From an uncultured Chloroflexia bacterium (GTDB lineage: Bacteria > Chloroflexota > Limnocylindria > Limnocylindrales > CSP1-4), in contig CAVOWV010000022.1 of NCBI GenBank assembly GCA_963700245.1, forward strand, positions 220,787 to 284,786: 64,000 nucleotides of DNA. The letters are read 5' to 3'. The notes under the pieces were generated by a model. It ran no database searches, was not told the origin of the DNA, and saw only the letters and a program-made list of their open reading frames with translations. This document shows, piece after piece, positions 17,775 to 26,171 of this stretch (its first letter is position 1; the number at the start of each line of letters is the position of its first letter). The position numbers were made by a program, and so were the translations under genes.

Positions 17775-18352
17775 TGGGCAGCCCCGATGAGCAGGTACTC
17801 GTGGTGCCGCGCGCCGCGCTGGTGCCCGGCGACGGCTGGCTGGGTGTTCGCCGCGGCGGCATGGACCACGCCCTGGAGGTTGTGGCGCGCGAGGGCTTCT
17901 TCATGCGTCGCGGCGACGCGGAGGAGGATCCGACTCACAAGCAGGTCATCCCGTACCTCGTGCTGCGCGACGGGGAGCGCTGGTTCCTGATGCGCAGGAC
18001 GCGTGCCGGCGGGGACGCGCGTCTCCATGACCGCTGGTCGATCGGCGTCGGGGGTCACCTCAACCCGGGCGACGTCGACGTCCACGGTGGCCTGCGGCGC
18101 GAGTGGGGCGAGGAGCTCGTTGCGGACTTCGCGCCCGCGTTCACGCCCGTCGGCCTGCTCAACGACGACACCACGGCGGTCGGGTCGGTCCATGTCGGCC
18201 TCGTCTACGTCGCCGACGCGGGGGGCCGTCCGGTCGCCATCCGGGAGACGGACAAGCTCGAGGGCTCCTTCGCCGGAACCGCGGATGTCGCAGCGGTCCG
18301 CGATGGCCTGGAGACCTGGAGCCGCCTCGTCTTCGACGCCCTGACCGAGTAA
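17774..18352 (+). CDS. NUDIX-family hydrolase (divergent Nudix box)
   Basis: ATG 17774 overlaps the alternative-frame tyrA stop (TGATG). Sequence ..KQVIPYLVLRDGERWFLMRR..GVGGHLNPGD..LRREWGEEL.. As sequenced, this reading frame is also continuous with the tyrA middle segment, which gives an apparent fusion. Confidence 0.6.
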   Translation: MGSPDEQVLVVPRAALVPGDGWLGVRRGGMDHALEVVAREGFFMRRGDAEEDPTHKQVIPYLVLRDGERWFLMRRTRAGGDARLHDRWSIGVGGHLNPGDVDVHGGLRREWGEELVADFAPAFTPVGLLNDDTTAVGSVHVGLVYVADAGGRPVAIRETDKLEGSFAGTADVAAVRDGLETWSRLVFDALTE

Positions 18353-18417
18353 CCGCCGGGTCGGGCGGACCGGCAGGGGACGCTGGCCGGACGCGGTGCG
18401 ATACTGACGGCGGTCCC

Positions 18418-19833
18418 ATGAGCCGCACAACGCCGCATCTCCGCCTCCGGCTCGCCCGCACCGTCATGCTGGTGGGCGTCCTGCTGGTGCTCGCCGCGGG
18501 CATCGCCCAGGCCTCGCCCGGGTCCAGCGTCGTGCAGCTCACCGCCACCGGCGTCGTGGACGGCGCCATGGCCAGCTATCTCCGCGAGGGGATCGCTACC
18601 GCCGCGGCCGACGGTGCCGACGCGGTCGTCGTGCAGCTCGACACCCCCGGCGGCAGCATCACCGCGATGAACGAGATCAAGCAGTCGTTCCTCGAGGCGC
18701 CACTGCCGGTGATCGTCTGGGTGGCGCCCTCGGGTGCGCGGGCCGCGAGCGCCGGCACGTTCATGACGCTGGCCGCGCATCTCGCGTACATGGCGCCCGC
18801 AACGAACATCGGCGCGGCCGCCCCCGTCAGCAGCACCGGCGGCGACATCCCGGGCACGATGGGCGTGAAGGTCCGCGAGGACGCGATCGCGTCGATCCGG
18901 GCGCTGGCGGAGGCGCAGGGCCGGCCGGTCGACTGGGCGGTCTCGACCGTGGAGGACGCGCGCTCCTACTCGGCCAGCGAGGCGCTGGAGGCCGGCGCGG
19001 TGGACGGGATCGCCGCGACCATCGAGCAGGTTCTCGCGGATGCCGATGGGCGCCAGGTGGAGGTCTTCGGCACGGGGCCGGTGACGCTCGACGTGGACGG
19101 CGCCGCTGTCACCGATGCGCCCATGAACCCCGTGCAGTCGTTCCTGCATCTCCTGTCCGACCCGAACATCGCCTTCATCCTGCTCGTGGCCGGCGCCCTG
19201 CTGCTGGCCACCGAGCTGGTCAGCACCAACCTGGTCACCGGCGTCCTGGGCGCGCTGGCCCTGGTGCTCGCCTTCATCGGCTTCGGGAGCCTCCCGCTCA
19301 ATGTCGCCGGCCTGGTGCTGGTGGCCTTCGGGTTCGTCCTGTTCGTCCTGGAGTCGCAGATCGTCAGCCATGGGTTCCTGACCGCGGCTGGGCTCGTGTG
19401 CGTCGTGCTGGGCGCCTCGGTGCTCTACGCGGGCCCGGTGTCGCCCAGCGACCCGGTGGTGCAGGTCGCGCCGGTGGTCCTCGTCGTCACTGCCTGTACG
19501 CTGGGCCTCCTCATGGGACTGATCACCATCGTCGCGATCCGGACACGGCGCATGAAGGGCCCCGCGGGCCAGATGGGGGACCGGGTGCCCCTGGGCACCG
19601 CGGGCGTCGTCCACGCGCCGCTGGACCCGACCGGCACGGTGTACATGGCCGGCGAGACGTGGACGGCACGCACGTCGGACGGGAGCACCCTGGTGCGCGA
19701 GACCCCGGTCCGTCTCGTCGGCTTCGACGAGCTGACAGCACTGGTGGAGCCCAGCGGGCAGGCACAGGTCCACGAGGGCGCCCAAACATCACGCGATCCG
19801 ATGACGGCCGTCCCGGCCGCCGACAAGCCCTGA
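18418..19833 (+). CDS. NfeD-family membrane-bound ClpP-class serine protease
   Basis: ORF trimmed to the ATG at 18418. Signal/TM segment, ClpP-like domain (VQLDTPGGS, ASAGTF), multi-TM block, and a C-terminal NfeD OB domain (GTAGVVHAPLDPTGTVYMAGETWTAR). It directly precedes an SPFH gene. Confidence 0.85.
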   Translation: MSRTTPHLRLRLARTVMLVGVLLVLAAGIAQASPGSSVVQLTATGVVDGAMASYLREGIATAAADGADAVVVQLDTPGGSITAMNEIKQSFLEAPLPVIVWVAPSGARAASAGTFMTLAAHLAYMAPATNIGAAAPVSSTGGDIPGTMGVKVREDAIASIRALAEAQGRPVDWAVSTVEDARSYSASEALEAGAVDGIAATIEQVLADADGRQVEVFGTGPVTLDVDGAAVTDAPMNPVQSFLHLLSDPNIAFILLVAGALLLATELVSTNLVTGVLGALALVLAFIGFGSLPLNVAGLVLVAFGFVLFVLESQIVSHGFLTAAGLVCVVLGASVLYAGPVSPSDPVVQVAPVVLVVTACTLGLLMGLITIVAIRTRRMKGPAGQMGDRVPLGTAGVVHAPLDPTGTVYMAGETWTARTSDGSTLVRETPVRLVGFDELTALVEPSGQAQVHEGAQTSRDPMTAVPAADKP

Positions 19834-19848
19834 GCACTGGAGGACCAC

Positions 19849-20757
19849 ATGGAACTCATCGCCGCCCTCGTCGCCCTGGGCTTCGTCCTGGTCGTCGCGC
19901 TGGTGATCCTGTACCTGTCGGTGCGGGTCGTGCAGCAGTACGAGCGCATGGTCGTGTTCCGCCTGGGCAGGACCAACGAGAAGATGGTCCGCGACCCCGG
20001 CCTGCGCTTCCTCATCCCCGTCGTGGACCGGCCCGTGAAGGTGGACCTCCGTGAGACGCTCACCGAGGTCCCCAGCCAGACCACCATCACCAAGGACAAC
20101 GCGCCGATCAGCGTCGACTTCCTGGTGTACTGGCGCATCGCGGATCCGCTCAAGAGCGTCCTCGCGCCGCAGCGCCTCGACACGATGCTCCTCGGCGTGG
20201 CATCCACCACCCTCCGCGCGGTCATCGGCGACATCAGCCTCGACGAGGTCCTGTCCAAGCGCGAGCAGATCAACGAGGTGCTGCGGGTCAAGCTCGACGA
20301 GATCACCGAACGCTGGGGCGGCAAGGTGACCACGGTCGAGATCCGCGAGATCACGCCACCGCGCGACGTGCAGGACGCCATGAACCGCCAGCTGTCGGCC
20401 GAGCGCACGCGGCGCGCGGTCATCACCGAGTCGGAGGGCACCCGCCAGGCGGCCATCAACGTCGCCGAGGGCCAGAAGCAGTCCGAGATCCTCAAGGCGG
20501 AGGGCGAGCGCCAGGCGGCGATCCTGCGCGCCGAGGGTTTCAGCCAGGCCCTCGAGCGGATCTACGCCGCCGCCCACCAGATCGACGAGAAGACGATGGC
20601 GCTCCAGTACCTCGATGCCCTCAAGCAGCTTGGCGCCAGCCCGTCCACCAAGTTCCTGATCCCGACCGAGTTCACCCGCCTGGCGGAGCAGATCGGCGGC
20701 TACGTCGACCGGGGCATGACCGGTCGGGCGTCCTCGGACGGCGCTGACGCCGGGTGA
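19849..20757 (+). CDS. SPFH/band-7 (stomatin/slipin-like) protein
   Basis: N-terminal TM helix, then VVQQYERMVVFRLGR.., ..ITKDNAPISVDF.., and an Ala/Glu/Gln-rich coiled-coil tail. This is the classic pairing with nfeD. Confidence 0.9.
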   Translation: MELIAALVALGFVLVVALVILYLSVRVVQQYERMVVFRLGRTNEKMVRDPGLRFLIPVVDRPVKVDLRETLTEVPSQTTITKDNAPISVDFLVYWRIADPLKSVLAPQRLDTMLLGVASTTLRAVIGDISLDEVLSKREQINEVLRVKLDEITERWGGKVTTVEIREITPPRDVQDAMNRQLSAERTRRAVITESEGTRQAAINVAEGQKQSEILKAEGERQAAILRAEGFSQALERIYAAAHQIDEKTMALQYLDALKQLGASPSTKFLIPTEFTRLAEQIGGYVDRGMTGRASSDGADAG

Positions 20758-21731
20758 TGCGGCGCCTCCTCCTCGTCGCGGCGGCGCCCGTCCTCGCGTA
20801 CCTCGCCGTCGGACCCGTGTCGGACCGGCTCGCCCGGCGGCTGATGGACGCGCCGCGGCGCCTGCCGGAGGAATCGGGGATGGCGCCGGCACTGGACCGG
20901 CTCGGCGGCGAGGTGGTCCGGCTCCGGTCGCGGGACGGCTTGCGCCTGTCCGCCCGCTGGCTGGCCGCTGAACCCGGGGAGGGATGGGTGCCCGACCCGC
21001 GCGAGGCGATCCTCCTGCTCCACGGCTGGAGCGGCTCGGTCACGCCGGACCTGCTGGAGCTCGGCCCGTTCCTGCGCCGGACCGCGGGCGTGCTGGGCCT
21101 GGACTTCCGGGGCCACGGGGGGTCGGACGACGCACCGACCAGCTTCGGGCTGACCGAGGTCGAGGACGTGGCCGGGGCGCTGGCCTGGCTGGGCGAGCGG
21201 GGCGTCCAGCGCGTGGCCCTTGTCGGCTCGTCCATGGGCGGCATCACGGCGATCGCCGCGGTCGCGGTCCTGGGTGACGGTCGCCTGGCCTCGGCAGACG
21301 CGGATCCTGCCGCTCCTGCCGCCCACGTGGATGCGCCGCGGCCGCGGATCGTGGCCGTGGTCGCGGACTCGGTGACGCCGGAGCTCGCGCTCGTGGTCGC
21401 GAACCGGATGCGGATCCCCTTCGGGCGCCGGATCGCCAACCACGCCTTCGCGCGCATGGCACGCCGGCTCGGTGGCGACCCACGCGACACGGAACCGATC
21501 GCCGTCATCGGGCTGCTGGAGGACCTGCCGCTCCTCCTGGTCCACGGCACCGGGGACGCGACGGTTCGCGTGCAGGACGCGGAGCGCCTGGCCGCCGCGG
21601 CGCCGGCCGGGAGCCGTCACCTCGTGATCGAGGGTGCCGGGCACGGCGAAGGGCACGCCATTGACCCGGTCGCCTATGAGGCGGCGGTCAACACGCTGGT
21701 CCGCGACGCGTTCAGCGCCGCTCGCGCATAG
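20754..21731 (+). CDS. Alpha/beta-fold hydrolase
   Basis: The start overlaps the SPFH stop (GTGATG at 20754-20759). Motifs: LLLHGWSG, nucleophile elbow GSSMGG, C-terminal VHGTGD..GAGHG. Confidence 0.8.
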   Translation: MMRRLLLVAAAPVLAYLAVGPVSDRLARRLMDAPRRLPEESGMAPALDRLGGEVVRLRSRDGLRLSARWLAAEPGEGWVPDPREAILLLHGWSGSVTPDLLELGPFLRRTAGVLGLDFRGHGGSDDAPTSFGLTEVEDVAGALAWLGERGVQRVALVGSSMGGITAIAAVAVLGDGRLASADADPAAPAAHVDAPRPRIVAVVADSVTPELALVVANRMRIPFGRRIANHAFARMARRLGGDPRDTEPIAVIGLLEDLPLLLVHGTGDATVRVQDAERLAAAAPAGSRHLVIEGAGHGEGHAIDPVAYEAAVNTLVRDAFSAARA

Positions 21732-21813
21732 CGGACACGTCGCGACTCGCCCGTATACTGCACCCACACCCCGCGGGGAGCCCGGCCCATCCCCCGGGAG
21801 AGACGGGGTAGCC

Positions 21814-22998
21814 GTGACGGGAGAGCGTGTGGCAGGAAAGGTCCTCGTCGTCGACGACGACGCGAGCGTTCAGCGGCTCCTCCAGCACACCCTCGAGCAC
21901 GAGGGGTACGAGGTCGTCGTGGCGTCGGACGGCGCCGACGGGCTGCGCCGCTGGCAGCAGGACTCGCCGTCGCTGGTGCTGCTCGACGTCGGTGTCGGCC
22001 AGCTGGACGGCTACGAGGTGGCCACCCGGATCCGTGCTGAAGAGTCCGGGCGTCGTCACACGCCGATCATCATGCTCACCACGGACAAGGACGTCCAGGG
22101 CAAGGTCCGGGCGCTCCGCGCCGGTGCAGACGACTACCTGATCAAGCCGTTCCACCCGGCCGAGCTGATGGCCCGCATGAAGAGCCTCATCGCGCGCTTC
22201 CAGCCCAGCGAGTCGCTGGTCGGGCGGCCGCCGATGGGCCGGATCCACGCCTACTACGGCGCCAAGGGCGGCGTCGGCACCACGACCATCGCGATCAACA
22301 CGGCGATCGCGCTCCATGACCTGGGCCGCAGCGTCTGCCTCGTGGACGGCAACCTCCAGTTCGGCGACCACCGGGTCTTCCTGGACCTCGGGCTGGACCG
22401 CAAGAGCATCGTGGACCTCGTCAGCACGCCGACCATGGACGCGGACCTCGTCAAGAGCATCGTCATCAAGCACGACTCGGGCGTTGATCTGCTGCTCGCC
22501 CCGCCTTCGCCGGAGGCCGCCGACCTGGTCACGGCCGCGCACCTCCACCAGATCCTGGAGCTGCTGTCGGGCCTGTACGACTACGTGATCGTGGACATCG
22601 ACAAGCGACTCGAGGACCGGAACCTGATGGTGCTCGACGTGGCCGACACGATCTTCGCGGTGATGACCGCCGACCTCTCGTGCCTCAAGAACGTCCGCCT
22701 GGTCCTCGAGACGATCGGCCACCTCGGCTACGAGCAGAGCAAGCTGAAGCTGGTCCTCAACCGCTCCAACGCCTACACGGGCATCAGCGTCAAGAGCGCC
22801 GAGGGGGCCCTTCGCCGGCCGATCGAGCTGCAGGTGGTGAACGAGTACCGCGGCGCCATCTCCGCGCTCAACACGGGGTCGCCGTTCATGGTCTCGAAGA
22901 GCGACTCTGTGCTCGGCCGGTCCGTGGCCGACTTCGCCAAGGCCGTGGACAAGGGCGGCCAGGCGACCGGCCTGCTCGCGCCAACGGCGGGCCGCTAG
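21814..22998 (+). CDS. Response-regulator receiver domain fused to a TadZ/CpaE-type ParA/MinD-family ATPase
   Basis: REC domain (KVLVVDDD..LLDVGVGQLDG..ADDYLIKPF), then a deviant Walker A lacking the second Lys (YGAKGGVGTTTIAINTA), typical of CpaE/TadZ. GTG start at 21814; an alternative GTG lies at 21829. A TATACT -10-like hexamer sits at 21754-21759. Confidence 0.8.
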   Translation: MTGERVAGKVLVVDDDASVQRLLQHTLEHEGYEVVVASDGADGLRRWQQDSPSLVLLDVGVGQLDGYEVATRIRAEESGRRHTPIIMLTTDKDVQGKVRALRAGADDYLIKPFHPAELMARMKSLIARFQPSESLVGRPPMGRIHAYYGAKGGVGTTTIAINTAIALHDLGRSVCLVDGNLQFGDHRVFLDLGLDRKSIVDLVSTPTMDADLVKSIVIKHDSGVDLLLAPPSPEAADLVTAAHLHQILELLSGLYDYVIVDIDKRLEDRNLMVLDVADTIFAVMTADLSCLKNVRLVLETIGHLGYEQSKLKLVLNRSNAYTGISVKSAEGALRRPIELQVVNEYRGAISALNTGSPFMVSKSDSVLGRSVADFAKAVDKGGQATGLLAPTAGR

Positions 22999-23079
22999 GT
23001 TCCGGTTGGGGGTCCGCGCGACCCCCGCTGCGGCGCTCTGCACCAGGGTTCCGGCCGACCCGGGATAAGTGCGCGGTGA

Positions 23080-24684
23080 GTGGCGCGGCCTACCGTGCCG
23101 TCCGTGCTTGCAACGCTGCTTTCCGCAACCCTCAGCGGGATCACCGGCCGCCTGGTCCGGGTCGAGGTCGACGTCGCCCCGGGCCTGCCGGGCTTCACGA
23201 TCGTCGGCCTGCCGGATGCCGCCCTGTCGGAGGCACGCGAGCGCGTGCGCGGCGCGCTGCGCAACGCCGGGTATCACCACCCGCCACGGAGGATCACGGT
23301 CAACCTCGCCCCGGCGGAGGTGCGCAAGGCCGGGGCGTCGCTGGATCTCGCGATCGCCATCGGGATCCTGCTGGGCTCGGAGCAGCTCCGGGTCTCGCCG
23401 GGGCGCGTGGCGCTGGTCGGGGAGCTCGGGCTGGGCGGCGAGGTCCGCGCGGTCCCGGGCGTGCTGCCGATGGCCCTGGCGCTGGCCGCAGCCGGGGTGC
23501 ACCGGGTCCTGGTGCCGGCGTCCGCGATCGAGGAGGCGGCGCTCGTCCCCGGGCTCGACGTCGTGGGCGTCGCGACGGTCGCGGAGGCAGCCGAGGCGGT
23601 GCGGGGGCCGCGCACCCGACGCCCCGTTCCCGTGCCCCTGCCCCGTGCGGATGGGCTGGCCGCCGGTGGCACTCCGGCCAACGGGATGCCGGTCACGCCC
23701 GAGCGGGCCGCGGTCCAGCCCGCCGTGGACCTCGAGGACGTGCGGGGCCAGGCGGTCGCACGACGAGCGCTCGAGATCGCCCTCGCGGGCGGGCACGCGA
23801 TGCTGCTGGTCGGGCCGCCGGGCACCGGCAAGACCCTGCTGGCGCGGACGATCCCGGGGCTGCTGCCCGATCTCGACGACGAGGCCGCGCTTGCGGCGAC
23901 GGTCGTCGCCTCCGTGGCGGGCGGCGAGCCCGTGCGGGCCCTCGTCCGACGGCCGCCCGTGCGCGCGCCGCACCACACCGTGTCCTATGCCGGCATGGTC
24001 GGTGGCGGCCCACGCCTGTCACCCGGTGAGGTGACCCTCGCGGACCAGGGCGTGCTCGTGTGCGATGAGCTGCCGGAGTTCGGGCGCGACGTGCTCGAAG
24101 CCCTGCGCCAGCCCCTCGAGGACGGGAGCGTGGCGGTGGTTCGGGTCGGTCGCGCCGCCGTCTTCCCCGCCCGGTTCACGCTGGTGGCGGCCATGAACCC
24201 CTGCCCGTGCGGCATGGACGGCGTGGCGGACCGGTCATGCACGTGCCCGCCCGGCGTGCCACAGCGGTACCGCCGTCGCGTCTCGGGACCGCTGCGTGAC
24301 CGGATCGATCTCTGGGTGGCCGTCGGCCGCGTACCGCCGTCGCTCCTCGTGGCGGGACCCAGTCCGGAGTCGTCGGAGGTCGTCGCAACCCGGATCGCCG
24401 CGGCCCGGGATCGCCAGCGGCTGCGGTCGGGAGCACTGCCCAATGGACGGCTGCGGGGCCGCCAGCTGCGGGCCGCATGCCGGCTGGGCGCGGATGAGGC
24501 GGCACGGGCGATCGTCCTCGCCGAGCGCGAGGGACTGTCCGGGCGCGGGACGGAGCGGCTGCTGCGCGTCGCGCGGACCATCGCAGACCTCGACTCGTCG
24601 GACTCCGTGAAGGTGGCCCACATGGACGAGGCCGCCCGGTTCCGGGCCCCGGCGGAGATGCCGTCACTCGCGGAGGCCGGCTGA
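23080..24684 (+). CDS. comM: YifB/ComM-family Mg-chelatase-like AAA+ ATPase
   Basis: N-terminal Lon-protease-like domain (VEVDVAPGLPGFTIVGLPD..ASLDLAIAIGIL), Walker A GPPGTGKT, and a ChlI-like C-terminal region. The exact start is uncertain. Confidence 0.88.
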   Translation: MARPTVPSVLATLLSATLSGITGRLVRVEVDVAPGLPGFTIVGLPDAALSEARERVRGALRNAGYHHPPRRITVNLAPAEVRKAGASLDLAIAIGILLGSEQLRVSPGRVALVGELGLGGEVRAVPGVLPMALALAAAGVHRVLVPASAIEEAALVPGLDVVGVATVAEAAEAVRGPRTRRPVPVPLPRADGLAAGGTPANGMPVTPERAAVQPAVDLEDVRGQAVARRALEIALAGGHAMLLVGPPGTGKTLLARTIPGLLPDLDDEAALAATVVASVAGGEPVRALVRRPPVRAPHHTVSYAGMVGGGPRLSPGEVTLADQGVLVCDELPEFGRDVLEALRQPLEDGSVAVVRVGRAAVFPARFTLVAAMNPCPCGMDGVADRSCTCPPGVPQRYRRRVSGPLRDRIDLWVAVGRVPPSLLVAGPSPESSEVVATRIAAARDRQRLRSGALPNGRLRGRQLRAACRLGADEAARAIVLAEREGLSGRGTERLLRVARTIADLDSSDSVKVAHMDEAARFRAPAEMPSLAEAG

Positions 24685-26042
24685 TGCTCGGCATCGGGCG
24701 CCGGGGTCCGCTGGGGCGCCTCGAGGTCGAGGCGGGAGGGGGTGGAGCCGCCGTCCGAGACGCGGTGGCCGGTGCGACCGACGTCGGATCCAGGACGGCT
24801 GGCGATGGTCGCGCCGGCGACCCGGCCGGCCTCGAGCGGGACGCATGGGTCGTCCTGGCGGGTGTCGAAGGCGTGGGTCCCGTGTCGTTTGCGCGCCTGG
24901 TCGGTGCGTTCGGCAGCGCGCGGGCCGTGCTCGACGCCGCGGCCCACCGCGATGCGCTGCAGCTGCTGGTCGCCACCACGTCGGGTCCCGATGGGGGATC
25001 GCCCACGCTGACCCCGCAGGCGGCCGCGGCGGTGCGCCTGGCGGCCGGAGCCCCCGAAGGGCGCCTGGAACCCGTGCGCCGCTCCGGCGTGACGGTCCTC
25101 ACGCTCGCGGACGAGACCTACCCTTCGCGGCTGCGCATGATCGACCTGCCGCCGCCGGTCCTGTTCCTGCACGGGGATCCTGCGGCCCTCGACCGGCCGC
25201 GCTCGATCGCGGTCGTCGGCACGCGACGGCCGACGGAGGCAGGACGGGCCACGGCAGGGCGCATCGCGGACGGGGTGGCCGCCCTCGGCGCGACGGTCGT
25301 GTCGGGGCTGGCACTGGGGATCGACGGTGCGGCACACGCGGCGGCCGTCCGGGCCGGGACGCCGACGGTGGCGGTCATCGGTGGTGGCCACGAGCGCCTC
25401 TATCCCGCGGCACACCGTGCCCTGGCGCGTTCGATCGCCGACCACGGGGGCGCGGTCCTGAGCGAGTTCGCGCCGGACACGCAGCCATCGCGCGGCACCT
25501 TCCCGCGCCGCAACCGGATCATCAGCGGCCTCGCGGATGCGACCGTGGTGGTCGAGGCGGGAGCTCGCAGCGGGGCCCTGACCACGGCCGCGTGGGCGCT
25601 GGAGCAGGGACGGGCCCTGTACCTCGTCCCGGGGCGCCTCGACGACCCCGCGGTCGCCGGCTGCCTCGCCTTCCTGCGCGAGGCCGGTCCGGAGGCCCGG
25701 ATCGTCGCCGGGGTTCCGGAGCTCCTCGAGGACCTGGGTCTCCTCGCCCCCGGCGGCCGCCGGCTTGCTCCCGGTGATGCGCTCCTGGACACGCTGTCGG
25801 GCGTGGAGCAGGCCGTCGCCACGCATGTCACCGCCGGCCTGGCGACGGTGGACGAGCTCGTCCACGCCACCGGTTCGGCGAGCGCGACCGTGCTCGGGGC
25901 GCTCACGTCGCTCGAGATCCGCGGGCTCGTGGTGGAGGCGTTCGGGCGGTACCGGGCCACTGGCCCGCTGGCGGCCAGGAGTGCCCGCGGGCGATCGGAG
26001 GTCGGGCGGTTGACCGGCCGGAGCCGACGGCGGGCGGCATGA
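24684..26042 (+). CDS. dprA: DNA-processing protein DprA (Smf)
   Basis: The ATG overlaps the comM stop (TGATG). DprA Rossmann core: VVGTRRPT..VVSGLALGIDGAAH..FPRRNRIISGL..VVVEAG.RSGAL. The low-complexity N-terminal 60 aa may not all be translated. Confidence 0.88.
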   Translation: MLGIGRRGPLGRLEVEAGGGGAAVRDAVAGATDVGSRTAGDGRAGDPAGLERDAWVVLAGVEGVGPVSFARLVGAFGSARAVLDAAAHRDALQLLVATTSGPDGGSPTLTPQAAAAVRLAAGAPEGRLEPVRRSGVTVLTLADETYPSRLRMIDLPPPVLFLHGDPAALDRPRSIAVVGTRRPTEAGRATAGRIADGVAALGATVVSGLALGIDGAAHAAAVRAGTPTVAVIGGGHERLYPAAHRALARSIADHGGAVLSEFAPDTQPSRGTFPRRNRIISGLADATVVVEAGARSGALTTAAWALEQGRALYLVPGRLDDPAVAGCLAFLREAGPEARIVAGVPELLEDLGLLAPGGRRLAPGDALLDTLSGVEQAVATHVTAGLATVDELVHATGSASATVLGALTSLEIRGLVVEAFGRYRATGPLAARSARGRSEVGRLTGRSRRRAA

Positions 26043-26171
26043 GGGGGCCGGCGAGGTTGCCCCCAAGGTTGCGGCGGTGGTACGCTGCCGACCAACCCAG
26101 GCTGGCTCGCAGCTGGCTCTCGTCCCCGGGTGCCGGTCTCCGCACGAGCGCGGATACCCCCGGCGGGCCGA

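Noticed and set aside
16900-18352. A true bifunctional TyrA-NUDIX fusion protein.
   Set aside because: I kept it only as the less likely alternative. The adjacent frame provides a natural TyrA C-terminus and a TGATG stop/start junction exactly at the domain boundary, in an assembly already shown to contain many single-base insertions.
16460-18430. A 656-aa minus-strand ORF and the N-terminal 370 aa of ORF 16063-17904.
   Set aside because: They are antisense to tyrA and NUDIX, with Arg/Pro-rich composition. Only the last 243 codons (the response regulator) have a Shine-Dalgarno, a start codon and domain signatures.
21814-22998. A Tad/Flp pilus locus.
   Set aside because: Only the TadZ/CpaE-like gene is present. 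No secretion ATPase, platform proteins, pilins or prepilin peptidase occur within the window.
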